This document shows, piece by piece, positions 1-8,600 of a stretch of 17,942 bases of DNA. Position 1 is the first letter of the stretch. Each line of letters begins with the position of its first letter. A model generated the notes under the pieces. It was given only the letters and a program-made list of their open reading frames with translations, made no database searches and had not been told where the DNA came from. This DNA is from Gemmatimonadota bacterium (lineage in GTDB: Bacteria > Gemmatimonadota > Gemmatimonadetes > Gemmatimonadales > Gemmatimonadaceae), in the NCBI GenBank assembly GCA_031372565.1, contig JANMLN010000048.1, positions 1 through 17,942 on the forward strand, in the 5' to 3' direction. The translations under genes were made by a program, and so were the position numbers.

Positions 1-20
1 AGCCATGGACCAGCTTGTGC

Positions 21-50
21 AGTTACTCCCAGCAACGCGAAGGACCAGCA
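21..50. repeat. Degenerate inverted copy of the REP-like repeat
   Basis: AGTTACTCCCAGCAACGCGAAGGACCAGCA matches the reverse complement of the 30-bp unit at 19/30 positions by manual alignment, including a contiguous GCGAAGGACC. Confidence 0.5.
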
Positions 51-100
51 TGTGCCCCAGGCCGCAACCAGGTCCATCAGGTCGTGCGCCAAGAACCAGA

Positions 101-162
101 AGCAGGTCCTTCGCTTCGCTCAGGACGACAGCAGCAGGTCCTTCGCTTCGCTCAGGACGACA
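101..162. repeat. Two identical tandem 30-bp REP-like repeats (AGCAGGTCCTTCGCTTCGCTCAGGACGACA) at 101-130 and 133-162
   Basis: Exact 30-nt direct repeat with a 2-nt spacer. Each unit has an internal inverted repeat (GTCCT...AGGAC). The reverse complement TGTCGTCCTGAGCGAAGCGAAGGAC resembles TGTC/CGTC-tagged palindromic intergenic repeats. Confidence 0.85.
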
Positions 163-354
163 TCAGACGGGCGGCCCTCCGGCCTTGTCGTCCCCGTTGA
201 CCGGTCGCTCCCGCAACTCGCCGCGCGATCGTTCGTACTCCGCGCGCGCGCTGTACCCGTAGCCTGCGCCGACTTCGCCACTGCGCATGTAGTCGTGGCC
301 GTAGCCGCGCCCCAGCGGGTAACCTTTCGCGCTCGCGCCCTCCGAATCACTCAT
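163..354 (-). CDS. Small hypothetical protein (63 aa, Gly/Tyr-rich N-half, charged C-half)
   Basis: Internal ATG (354) of ORF 163..615 has a strong SD (GGAGGT) about 7 nt upstream. Product is MSDSEGASAKGYPLGRGYGHDYMRSGEVGAGYGYSARAEYERSRGELRERPVNGDDKAGGPPV. The stop codon directly abuts the REP-like repeat. Confidence 0.55.
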   Translation of the reverse strand: MSDSEGASAKGYPLGRGYGHDYMRSGEVGAGYGYSARAEYERSRGELRERPVNGDDKAGGPPV

Positions 355-653
355 GGTGCTGACCTCCGAATCGTGAGGTGGTCTGCCACCGGCATGCCCC
401 TCCAAGCGCGTCAGGCCGTTGGGCCGCACGCCGCTGGCATCGCTACGATAGCCGTATCTGGCGAGAAGCGACAGGGCGGTGCTTCCCGCGCCGGCCCGGC
501 GTGGCGGGCCGTGCAGCCCAGCCGAGGCTGTCGTGGGCGCACCACACGACACCACGCGACCTGATCGGCCCTTGTTGTGTGCAGCGGGCTGAGCGTCCGC
601 CGCCGCCCCCCACACCGTGACGCTCCCGTGGCAGGACCCCGGCCAGGCAGCCG

Positions 654-682
654 TTGAAGAAATGGCGCTATCCCATTATCCT
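654..682 (+). promoter_or_regulatory. Sigma70-type promoter for typA
   Basis: TTGAAG (654-659), 17-nt spacer, TATCCT (677-682); the ATG lies 8 nt after the -10 element. Confidence 0.6.
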
Positions 683-690
683 TCAAGGCT

Positions 691-2532
691 ATGGCTATCA
701 GGAACATCGCGATTATCGCGCACGTCGATCACGGCAAGACCACCCTCGTGGACAAGATGCTCCGGCAGGCCGGCGCCTTCCGCGAGAATCAGGTGGTGGA
801 AGAGCGAGTCATGGACTCGAACCCGCTCGAAAAGGAACGCGGGATCACCATTCTCGCCAAGAACACGTCCATCCGGTGGAAGGACACGAAGATCAATGTC
901 GTGGACACCCCGGGGCACGCCGACTTCGGCGGCGAAGTCGAGCGCATCCTGCGCATGGTCGATGGCGTGTTGCTCGTCGTCGATGCGTTCGATGGACCGA
1001 TGCCGCAGACGCGCTTCGTGCTGCGCAAGGCGCTCGAGCTGAACCGCACGCCGATCATCGTGATCAACAAGATCGACCGCCCCGGCGCCGATCCGCTCCG
1101 CGTGCACGACGAGGTGCTGTCGCTGTTCATCGAACTCGAGGCCAACGAGGCGCAGCTCGAAGCGCCCGTCGTCTACGCCTCGGCGCGCGAAGGGGTCGCG
1201 ACCATGGACATGGACGTGACGCCGGTGGACCTGGCGCCCCTCTTCGACGCGATCGTGCAGCATGTGCCGGCCCCGCCGATGGACGCGGCTGGTTCGTTCC
1301 AGATGCTCGTGTCCACGATCGACTACTCGCCGTACCTGGGCCGTCTGGGCATCGGGCGCATCGATCGCGGCACGGTCAACGTGGGCGACACGATCACCGA
1401 CCTCGGCGCCGATCCGGCCAAGCCGGCGGTGCGCGGACGCGTCGTCAAGCTGTTCGCCTTCGAGGGGCTCGAGCGTATCGAGGTCCAGACCGCGACCGCC
1501 GGCGAGATCGTGTCGCTGGCCGGCTTCGAGAAGGTCGAGATCGGCACGACGCTCACCGATCCCGAGAACCAGGAACGGTTGGCCGGCATCGCGGTCGAAG
1601 AGCCCACGATTTCGGTGGACTTCCTCGTCAACAACTCGACCTTCGCCGGCAAGGAAGGGAAGTTCGTGACGTCGCGCCAGCTGCGCGAGCGGCTGTTCAA
1701 GGAGCTGGAGCGCAACGTCGCGCTGCGTGTCGAGGAGACCGACACCACCGATTCGTGGAGCGTGAGCGGACGCGGCGAACTGCATCTCTCCATTCTCATG
1801 GAGACGATGCGGCGTGAAGGGTTCGAGTTCCAGGTGTCGCGTCCGCGCGTGATCACGCGCACGGGCGAGAACGGCGTGCGCGAGGAGCCCTACGAAGAGT
1901 TGGCGATCGACGTCCCCGAGGACTATCTGGGCGTCGTGTTCGAGAAGCTCGGGCCCCGCAAGGCGGAGCTGATCGAGATGAAGAATCCGGGGCAGGGGCT
2001 CGTGCGGCTCCTGTACAAGATTCCGGCGCGCGGCCTGTTCGGCTATCGCTCGGAGTTCCTGACCGACACGCGCGGCACCGGACTGATCCATCACCGGTTC
2101 CTCGAATACGGTGCCTGGGCCGGGCCGCTCGAGGGACGCCTGCGCGGAACGCTCGTGAGCATGGAAACCGGCGTGATCGTCGGGTTCGCCCTCAACAACC
2201 TGCAGGACCGGAGCACGCTGTTCGTGGCGCCGGGCGACGCGGTGTACGAGGGGATGATCATCGGGGAGAACGCACGTCCGGGCGACATGGACGTGAATCC
2301 CTGCAAGGAAAAGAAGCTCTCGAACATGCGCTCCAAGTCGGCCGACGAGCACATCCAGCTCGAGCCGCCACGGATCATGACCCTCGAAGCCGCCCTCGAG
2401 TACATCGAGGAGGATGAGCTGATCGAGATCACCCCGCAGAGCATCCGGCTGCGGAAGCGCACCCTGCTGGCTGGCGACCGGAAGAAGACCAACCGCGAGT
2501 CGAAGCGCGAACGCGAGGCGGCTGGCCGTTAA
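691..2532 (+). CDS. typA: Translational GTPase TypA/BipA (613 aa)
   Basis: [18 protein letters not shown] (G1), EKERGITI (G2), [14 protein letters not shown] (G3), NKID (G4), [10 protein letters not shown], and the BipA C-terminal motifs YEGMIIGEN and [11 protein letters not shown]. Confidence 0.99.
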   Translation: MAIRNIAIIAHVDHGKTTLVDKMLRQAGAFRENQVVEERVMDSNPLEKERGITILAKNTSIRWKDTKINVVDTPGHADFGGEVERILRMVDGVLLVVDAFDGPMPQTRFVLRKALELNRTPIIVINKIDRPGADPLRVHDEVLSLFIELEANEAQLEAPVVYASAREGVATMDMDVTPVDLAPLFDAIVQHVPAPPMDAAGSFQMLVSTIDYSPYLGRLGIGRIDRGTVNVGDTITDLGADPAKPAVRGRVVKLFAFEGLERIEVQTATAGEIVSLAGFEKVEIGTTLTDPENQERLAGIAVEEPTISVDFLVNNSTFAGKEGKFVTSRQLRERLFKELERNVALRVEETDTTDSWSVSGRGELHLSILMETMRREGFEFQVSRPRVITRTGENGVREEPYEELAIDVPEDYLGVVFEKLGPRKAELIEMKNPGQGLVRLLYKIPARGLFGYRSEFLTDTRGTGLIHHRFLEYGAWAGPLEGRLRGTLVSMETGVIVGFALNNLQDRSTLFVAPGDAVYEGMIIGENARPGDMDVNPCKEKKLSNMRSKSADEHIQLEPPRIMTLEAALEYIEEDELIEITPQSIRLRKRTLLAGDRKKTNRESKREREAAGR

Positions 2533-2583
2533 CCTTTCGGCTCGTTAGGCTGTCAGACATTCGTACCGCACGAGAGCCGGGCA

Positions 2584-2613
2584 TTGACGCTGCGCAGGTG
2601 TGGCGAGTATATC
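2584..2613 (+). promoter_or_regulatory. Possible sigma70 promoter for the acidic-protein gene
   Basis: TTGACG (2584-2589), 18-nt spacer, TATATC (2608-2613); the -10 is imperfect. Confidence 0.4.
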
Positions 2614-2658
2614 GAAGCCAGCCTGCGTGTAGACTGACCAACCTTGAGGACCCTGATC

Positions 2659-2994
2659 ATGAGCCCCGAGTTCGCGCTGAGTGCCCCCTTCGCTGATGGG
2701 GTCACCGCGAACCTTCCGTTCCGCGCCGCGCCACGCGGTGACGAGGACGATTTTGAGGATGAGGACGTCGACGACGACCTCGACGACGACCTGGATGAAG
2801 ACGGTGAGTTCGACGATCCGGTGAAATTGGTCGAAGCGGACGACGACGACGAAGATGCCGAGGACGACGACGAGGATGAGGACGACCTCGACGACGACGA
2901 GTTCGACGATCTGGACGACGACGGCGTGGATCTGGACGACGAGTACGACGACTTCGAGGACCAGAAGGGTCCGGGTGTGGCCGGCGACGAGTAG
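2659..2994 (+). CDS. Highly acidic low-complexity hypothetical protein (111 aa)
   Basis: ATG 2659 with GAGGA SD at 2646-2650. About 57 of 111 residues are Asp/Glu (manual count). Mixed GAC/GAT/GAG/GAA codons argue for a coding sequence rather than a microsatellite. A strong hairpin follows. Confidence 0.75.
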   Translation: MSPEFALSAPFADGVTANLPFRAAPRGDEDDFEDEDVDDDLDDDLDEDGEFDDPVKLVEADDDDEDAEDDDEDEDDLDDDEFDDLDDDGVDLDDEYDDFEDQKGPGVAGDE

Positions 2995-3018
2995 CCCCCC
3001 CACTTCGCCATGAACCAG

Positions 3019-3061
3019 CGCGGGGCAGGATCCCATCCGGATCCTGCCCCGCGTGTCGTTT
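3019..3061. terminator. Intrinsic terminator hairpin, probably bidirectional
   Basis: Perfect 15-bp stem CGCGGGGCAGGATCC (3019-3033) / GGATCCTGCCCCGCG (3039-3053), 5-nt loop, followed by TGTCGTTT. It lies between convergent genes. Confidence 0.85.
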
Positions 3062-3088
3062 CGCCCTCCGTGCGTGCGGCTGGCGGTC

Positions 3089-3844
3089 CTAGGGGAGCTC
3101 CGGCGTCTGCGTGCGCAGCTGCACCGGCTCGGACTTCTTGCGCACCCGCAGGTTGATCATCTCGACCCCCATCGAGAACGCCATCGCGAAATAGGTATAG
3201 CCCTTCGGGATGTGCACCCCGAACGACTCGGCCACCAGATTGGTCCCGATCATCACGAGGAAGCTGAGCGCGAGCACCTTAATCGTCGGGTGACGATCCA
3301 CGAAGGCCGCAATCGCGCCCGAGAAGCCGAGCATGAAGGCGAGGGCGACGACGTTGGCGGCGATCATGATCGAGACCTGCGACACCATCCCGACGGCCGT
3401 GATGACCGAGTCGAGGGAGAAGACGATGTCGATGAGCATGATCTGGATGATCACCGCGCTGAAGGCCGGGGCCTTCTTCCCCGTGCCGGCACCGATCCCG
3501 GTGGTCTCGGGTCCTTCGAGCTTGGCGTGGATCTCGTGCGTGGCCTTGAAGATCAGGAAGAGGCCGCCGATGAGGAGCACGAGGTCGCGTCCAGACAGCT
3601 TGACCGAGCCGGCGACGAGCAGCGGCGCGGTGAGCGACACGAGCCAGCCGATGGACAACAGGAGCAGCACGCGGGTGCAGAATGCCGCGGCGAGGCCGAG
3701 CTTGCGGGCGCGATCGCGCTGGCTCTCGGGGAGCGCGCCCGCGAGAATCGAGATGAAGATGATGTTGTCGATGCCAAGGACGATCTCGAGCGCCGAGAGC
3801 GTCAGGAGGCCGAGCCAGATGTTGGGGTCGGCGAGGTTGGGCAT
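3089..3844 (-). CDS. TerC-family integral membrane protein (YgdQ-like, 251 aa)
   Basis: LEIVLGIDNIIFISIL, RDLVLLIGGLFLIFKATHEIH, QIMLIDIVFSLDSVITAVGM and HIPKGYTYFAMAFS motifs; multiple hydrophobic helices. Confidence 0.95.
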   Translation of the reverse strand: MPNLADPNIWLGLLTLSALEIVLGIDNIIFISILAGALPESQRDRARKLGLAAAFCTRVLLLLSIGWLVSLTAPLLVAGSVKLSGRDLVLLIGGLFLIFKATHEIHAKLEGPETTGIGAGTGKKAPAFSAVIIQIMLIDIVFSLDSVITAVGMVSQVSIMIAANVVALAFMLGFSGAIAAFVDRHPTIKVLALSFLVMIGTNLVAESFGVHIPKGYTYFAMAFSMGVEMINLRVRKKSEPVQLRTQTPELP

Positions 3845-3889
3845 GGGCAGCAGGGAGGGAGGTGCGCACGGGCCGGTGCGCGCAGATTG

Positions 3890-5104
3890 TCAGTCGGCGC
3901 GCAGCGCTTCGATCGGGTCGAGTCGCGCCGCTCGGCGCGCGGGAAGCACGCCAAAGATAAGCCCGGTGGCGATGGCCACCGCGACCGCGAGGAGGATGGA
4001 CCCGGGCGCGACGTCGGCGCTCCAGCCGAAGTTCTCGCGGATCTGCCACGCGGCAACGACGCCAGCCAGCACCCCCAGGCCGGCGCCGACGATGCAGAGG
4101 ACGATGGCCTCGATCAGGAACTGCATGAGGATCTCACGCTTCGTGGCCCCGAGCGCCTTGCGGACGCCGATTTCGCGGGTGCGCTCGGTGACGGCCACGA
4201 GCATGATGTTCATGATGCCGATGCCGCCGACCAGAAGGCTGACGCCAGCCACGCCGGAGAGGAGCATGGAGAAGGCGGCGTTGGTCTCGCTCAAGGTGGA
4301 GAGCATGTCGGCCTGATTGCGCAGGCGGAAGTCGTCCGGCGCGCTCGGGCGCAGCCGGTGGGATCGCCTGATGGCGCCCTGCACCTCGGCCATGGCGGCA
4401 TTGAGGGAATCTTCGGAGGACGCGAGCGCCCAGATGTCGTTGATCCGGTCGGTACCAAAGACGCGGGAGCGGCCGGTCGCGAACGGGATGAGAATCTGCT
4501 CGTCGCCGTCACCGAAGCCCGTGGTCCCCTTGGCCTCGAGGGCGCCAATGACGGTGAAGGTGAGGCCGTTGATACGGATCCGCTCGCCGATGAGCATGGC
4601 GGGGTCGTCGACCCCCAAGAGGGGGCCCGTGGAGCCGCCCAGCACGGCAACATTGCGGCGGGCGGCTTCGTCGGCGCGGTCGAGCATGCGTCCTGCGGCC
4701 AGCCGGAAGCCGCGCACCTGGAGGAAGTTGGGGAGCGTGCCGGTGATCTGGATGTTGGCGTTCCTGGCGCGCCACTGGACCTGCAAGGAGCGGTCCTGCT
4801 GCGGGTTGACGGCGCGCACGTTGTGCGAGCGTTCGAGGATCGCGTCCACGTCCTTCATGGTGAGCTTGACGGTGGACTGCGTATTGACGCCGCCGAAGTT
4901 GACGCGAGCGGGGTTGATCTGGAGGAGAGTGGTGCCGAGCTTGGCGATGCGCTCCTTGATGGCGTTGGCGGCACCGTTGCCCAGAGCCACGACGGCAATG
5001 ACTGCCCCGACGCCGATGATCATGCCGAGCATGGTGAGCCCGGAGCGCAGCTTGTTGGCGCGGAGTGCGTCGAGGGCGATGGCGACGGAGCTGGCGAGGG
5101 CCAT
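3890..5104 (-). CDS. MacB/FtsX-type ABC transporter permease (404 aa)
   Basis: ALRANKLRSGLTMLGMIIGVGAVI N-terminal helix, a large periplasmic domain, and VGGIGIMNIMLVAVTERTREIGVRKALGA...PARRAARLDPIEALR. Start set at ATG 5104 because the longer ORF runs into the tRNA promoter and gene. Confidence 0.95.
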   Translation of the reverse strand: MALASSVAIALDALRANKLRSGLTMLGMIIGVGAVIAVVALGNGAANAIKERIAKLGTTLLQINPARVNFGGVNTQSTVKLTMKDVDAILERSHNVRAVNPQQDRSLQVQWRARNANIQITGTLPNFLQVRGFRLAAGRMLDRADEAARRNVAVLGGSTGPLLGVDDPAMLIGERIRINGLTFTVIGALEAKGTTGFGDGDEQILIPFATGRSRVFGTDRINDIWALASSEDSLNAAMAEVQGAIRRSHRLRPSAPDDFRLRNQADMLSTLSETNAAFSMLLSGVAGVSLLVGGIGIMNIMLVAVTERTREIGVRKALGATKREILMQFLIEAIVLCIVGAGLGVLAGVVAAWQIRENFGWSADVAPGSILLAVAVAIATGLIFGVLPARRAARLDPIEALRAD

Positions 5105-5206
5105 GGAGCGGGTTCGGGGGCGGTGTCCGGCGCGTTGCTGTAAGGGTACGGGGAGGTAAGGGGAACCGTTCGTTGGCGGCGGCATAAGGCAAGCCCGTGC
5201 ATTGGC

Positions 5207-5235
5207 TTGAACCGCCCTGCCGAGGTGGTTAGAAT
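5207..5235 (+). promoter_or_regulatory. Sigma70 promoter of tRNA-Ile
   Basis: TTGAAC (5207-5212), 17-nt spacer, TAGAAT (5230-5235), 33 nt upstream of the tRNA. Confidence 0.8.
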
Positions 5236-5268
5236 AGGAGGCTTCCCCCGGGTTTGTGGGGGAGCGCA

Positions 5269-5342
<74 letters not shown>

Positions 5343-5350
5343 CTTGGAGC

Positions 5351-5398
5351 ACGTGCACGCCCCGCAGAGGCTCTACGCTTCTGCGGGGCGCACGTTTT
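5351..5398 (+). terminator. Intrinsic terminator after tRNA-Ile
   Basis: 14-bp stem CGCCCCGCAGAGGC (5358-5371) / GCTTCTGCGGGGCG (5377-5390) with one G-U pair, extendable by ACGTG/CACGT, followed by a short T-tract. Confidence 0.85.
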
Positions 5399-5612
5399 GG
5401 AGGACGCGGGTCCCGCCCACGACGGAGCGCTTCCTCCCACTGTCGGACATCGCCCCATCGTGCGATCACGAACCTGACGGGGACGGGGTACAGTACATGA
5501 GGCGTCCCGGCGATCGCGGCCAGCGCCCACCCGCGTCCGCTTGGCGGCCGTTTCCATAGCTCGCCGCCGCGGTTTCAGGATAGCGGACGTTCGTGAATCA
5601 GGGGCAGTCATC

Positions 5613-8600
5613 ATGACGCGCACGAAGGCGACGGGAGCGGCAACGGTTGTCGATCGGCTCGAAGCCGAGCCGGCGCGCGTCGACGCTGCCGTCCCGGGCG
5701 CTGCCGGGGCCGCGCCCGCCACCTCCCCGGTCGCGACCCAGGCCCCGGCGGTGATCGTCGTCGAGGCCACGCGGGAGACGATCCTCTCGGTCGACGACGC
5801 AACCCTGCACCTGTTCGGCTACGGGCGCACGGAACTGATCGGACAGCCGCTCGCCCTGTTGCTGAGCGGCCCGAAGGCGCAACGCAAGGACGGCACGGCG
5901 TTCGCCGCGAAGTGGGCCCGGAGCGCGATCACGCTCGGCGACGCCCCCTTGATCGTCGTCACCGTCTGCGAGGACTCGCACCGGGAGATGAGCGAGGCGC
6001 TGTACCAACTGTTGTTCGAGTCCAATCCCCTGCCGGCGTGGGTCATGGACTCGGCGACCGGGGCGTTCCTGTTCGTCAACGATGCCGCCCTGCGGGAATA
6101 CGGCTACACGCGCGCGGAGTTCCTCGGGCTGTCGGTCAGCGCCCTCCGCCTGCCCGACGAGGCGGCCGACATCGGGGAGTACCTGGCCACGCAACCGCCC
6201 GGGCCGTTCATCACGACGAGGCCGTGGCACCATCGCCGCAAGGACGGGAGCATCCTCGAGGTCCAGGTGCGCGGCGAGCGGATCATGCTCGATGGCCGCG
6301 CGGCGGTCCTGACCCTGATGGTGGACGCCGCGCGCGAGCACGCCATCGCGGAACTCCGGGACCGCGAGCGGCAGCTCGAGGAGGCGCAGGCGCTCGCGCA
6401 CGTCGGGAGCTGGGAGCTGGACATTCCGTCGGACCGGGCCACGTGGTCATCGGAATTGCGCCGCATGTTCGGCGTGCCCGCGCAATTCCCGGTCGGCGTC
6501 GATGTCCTGATGGAGCATGTGCATCCGGAGGATCGTGAGCGGGTCCGTCACCTCTACGATGCGTACCTGGCCCGGCAGATCCCCGTGCTCGAGTTCGAGT
6601 GCCGGATCATCGGTGCGAACGGTGCGGTGCACGAGCTCCGCAACCGGCATACGCTGACCCTGGGGACGGACGGGCGGCCGGTCCGGATGGCCGGCATCGT
6701 GCTCGACATCACGGTGCAACGCGAGGCCGAGCAGGCGCTCGCCGACAGCGAACGCCTGCACCGGATGCTGGTCGAGAACTCGTCGGACGTGGTGGTCGCG
6801 ACGACCGCAGAGGGCATGGTGCGCTACGTGTCGAGCTCGGTGACGCGCGTGCTCGGCCTCGACCCGGCGCAGATGCTGGGCCACATGGCGAGCGAGTTCG
6901 TGCACCCGGACGACGTTCCCCGGCTGGCGGAAGCTTTCGCGCGCATGGTGGCGGCGCCGGGAGTGCCGTTGCGGAACGAATACCGCCTGCAGCACCGCGA
7001 CGGGAGCTGGCGCACCATCGAGTGCGTCGCCCAGTCGTACGACCTGAAGGGGAGCACGTTCAAAGTCGTCGTCAATGGGCGCGACGTCACCGAACGTGCC
7101 GCCGCCGAGGCGCAGCAGCGGCTGCTGATGCGCGACCTGACCGCCGCGCGCCAGACGGCCGAAAACGCGACGCGGGCGAAGAGCGAATTCCTGGCCAACA
7201 TGAGCCATGAGATTCGGACGCCCATGAACGCGGTGCTGGGCCTCACCGAGCTGGTGCTCGACAGCGAGCTGACGCCGGAGCAGGCCCGGCACCTCGAGAT
7301 GGTGCGTGAGGCCGGCGATACGCTGCTCTCGCTCCTGAACGACATCCTCGACCTGTCGAAGATCGAGGCGGAGCACGTGGAGCTCGAGGCGATCCCGTTC
7401 GACCTCGTCGGGCTGGCGCATGCGGTGGCGAACCTCTCGGCGGTCGCGGCGAACAAGCGCGGCGTGGAACTGATTGTCGACTGCGCCCCCGACGTGCCGC
7501 GCCACGTGCGCGGGGACCCCACCCGGCTGCGCCAGATCCTCTCGAACCTGCTCGCGAATGCCGTGAAGTTCACGCACGAGGGCGAGGTGGTCATCTCCCT
7601 GCGGGTGGACGGACTCCGCGACGGCGTGGCGGCCGTGCGGTTTGCGGTGCGCGACACCGGGCTTGGCATTCCCCCGGACAAGCTGGACAGCATCTTCAGC
7701 GAGTTCGGCCAGGTGGATGCCTCGACGACCCGCCGCTACGGAGGCACCGGGCTCGGCCTGTCGATCGCCCGACGCCTGACGCGGCTGATGGGGGGCGACC
7801 TGACGGTCACGAGCGAGCTAGGCCGCGGGAGCGAGTTCAGTCTCACCCTGTCGCTGCCGGTGGAAGCGGCGCCGAAGGAACTGCCCGGGCCGACGCCCGT
7901 CCAGTTCGCCGACGTGCGGACCCTGGTGGTGGACGACAACGCCACCAACCGGCAGATCGTGCGCGGCATCATGGCGCGGGTCGGCGCCAGCGTCAGCGAG
8001 GCATCGAACGCCACCGACGCGCTCGCCGCGATGGAGCGCGCCGAGGCCGAGGGGCTCCCGCACGCGATCGTGATCCTGGACTCGCAGATGCCCGACCGCG
8101 ACGGCTGGAGCCTCGCGGCGGAGATCCGGCGCCATCCGAAATTGCAGGGCACGCGACTGCTCATGCTCGCGTCGGCGGGCGAGCGCGGCGACGGCGAGCG
8201 GTGCCGCGCGCTGGGCATCGACGGGTACCTGATCAAGCCGGTGTCGCGGAGTGACTTGGTCGAGGCGACGGCGTCGATCGTCGTCGGCAAGCGCGCGGTG
8301 GGCACGGTGGTGACGAGCCACGCCCTCGCCGAGACGCGCGCCCGGCTGCGCGTCCTCCTGGCCGAGGACAACGCCGTGAACCAGGAAGTGGCGGCAGCGA
8401 TGCTGCGCCGACGCGGGCACGACGTCACGGTCGTCGACAATGGCGCCCTCGCCGTGGCGGCGGCGGCGAAAGGCACCTTCGACGTCATCCTGATGGACAT
8501 TCACATGCCGGAGATGGACGGGTTCGCCGCCACGGCAGCGATCCGCGCCCTGCCCGGCGGCGCCCGGGTGCCGATCATCGCCCTCACCGCCGACGCGCTG

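Noticed and set aside
101..162. CRISPR array
   Set aside because: Only two repeats separated by 2 nt, no spacers and no cas genes; a REP-like element fits better.
540..559. Short direct repeat CACCACACGA/CACCACGCGA upstream of typA as an operator
   Set aside because: Low-complexity two-copy 10-mer with no supporting context.
2553..3011. Ser-rich (or Val-rich) minus-strand ORFs over the acidic gene
   Set aside because: They are reverse-complement readings of GAC/GAG codon runs; the + strand frame has the SD, possible promoter and terminator.
3845..3889. yybP-ykoY (Mn2+) riboswitch upstream of the TerC gene
   Set aside because: Only 45 nt of intergenic space and no recognisable consensus.
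3053..5143. Long alternative ORFs (e.g. 3053..5143 +, 676..2352 -, 7818..9317 -, 12701..14104 -, 13903..15378 -, 15379..16644 -)
   Set aside because: Antisense or off-frame shadows of well-supported genes, expected at high GC with strong codon bias; no recognisable motifs.
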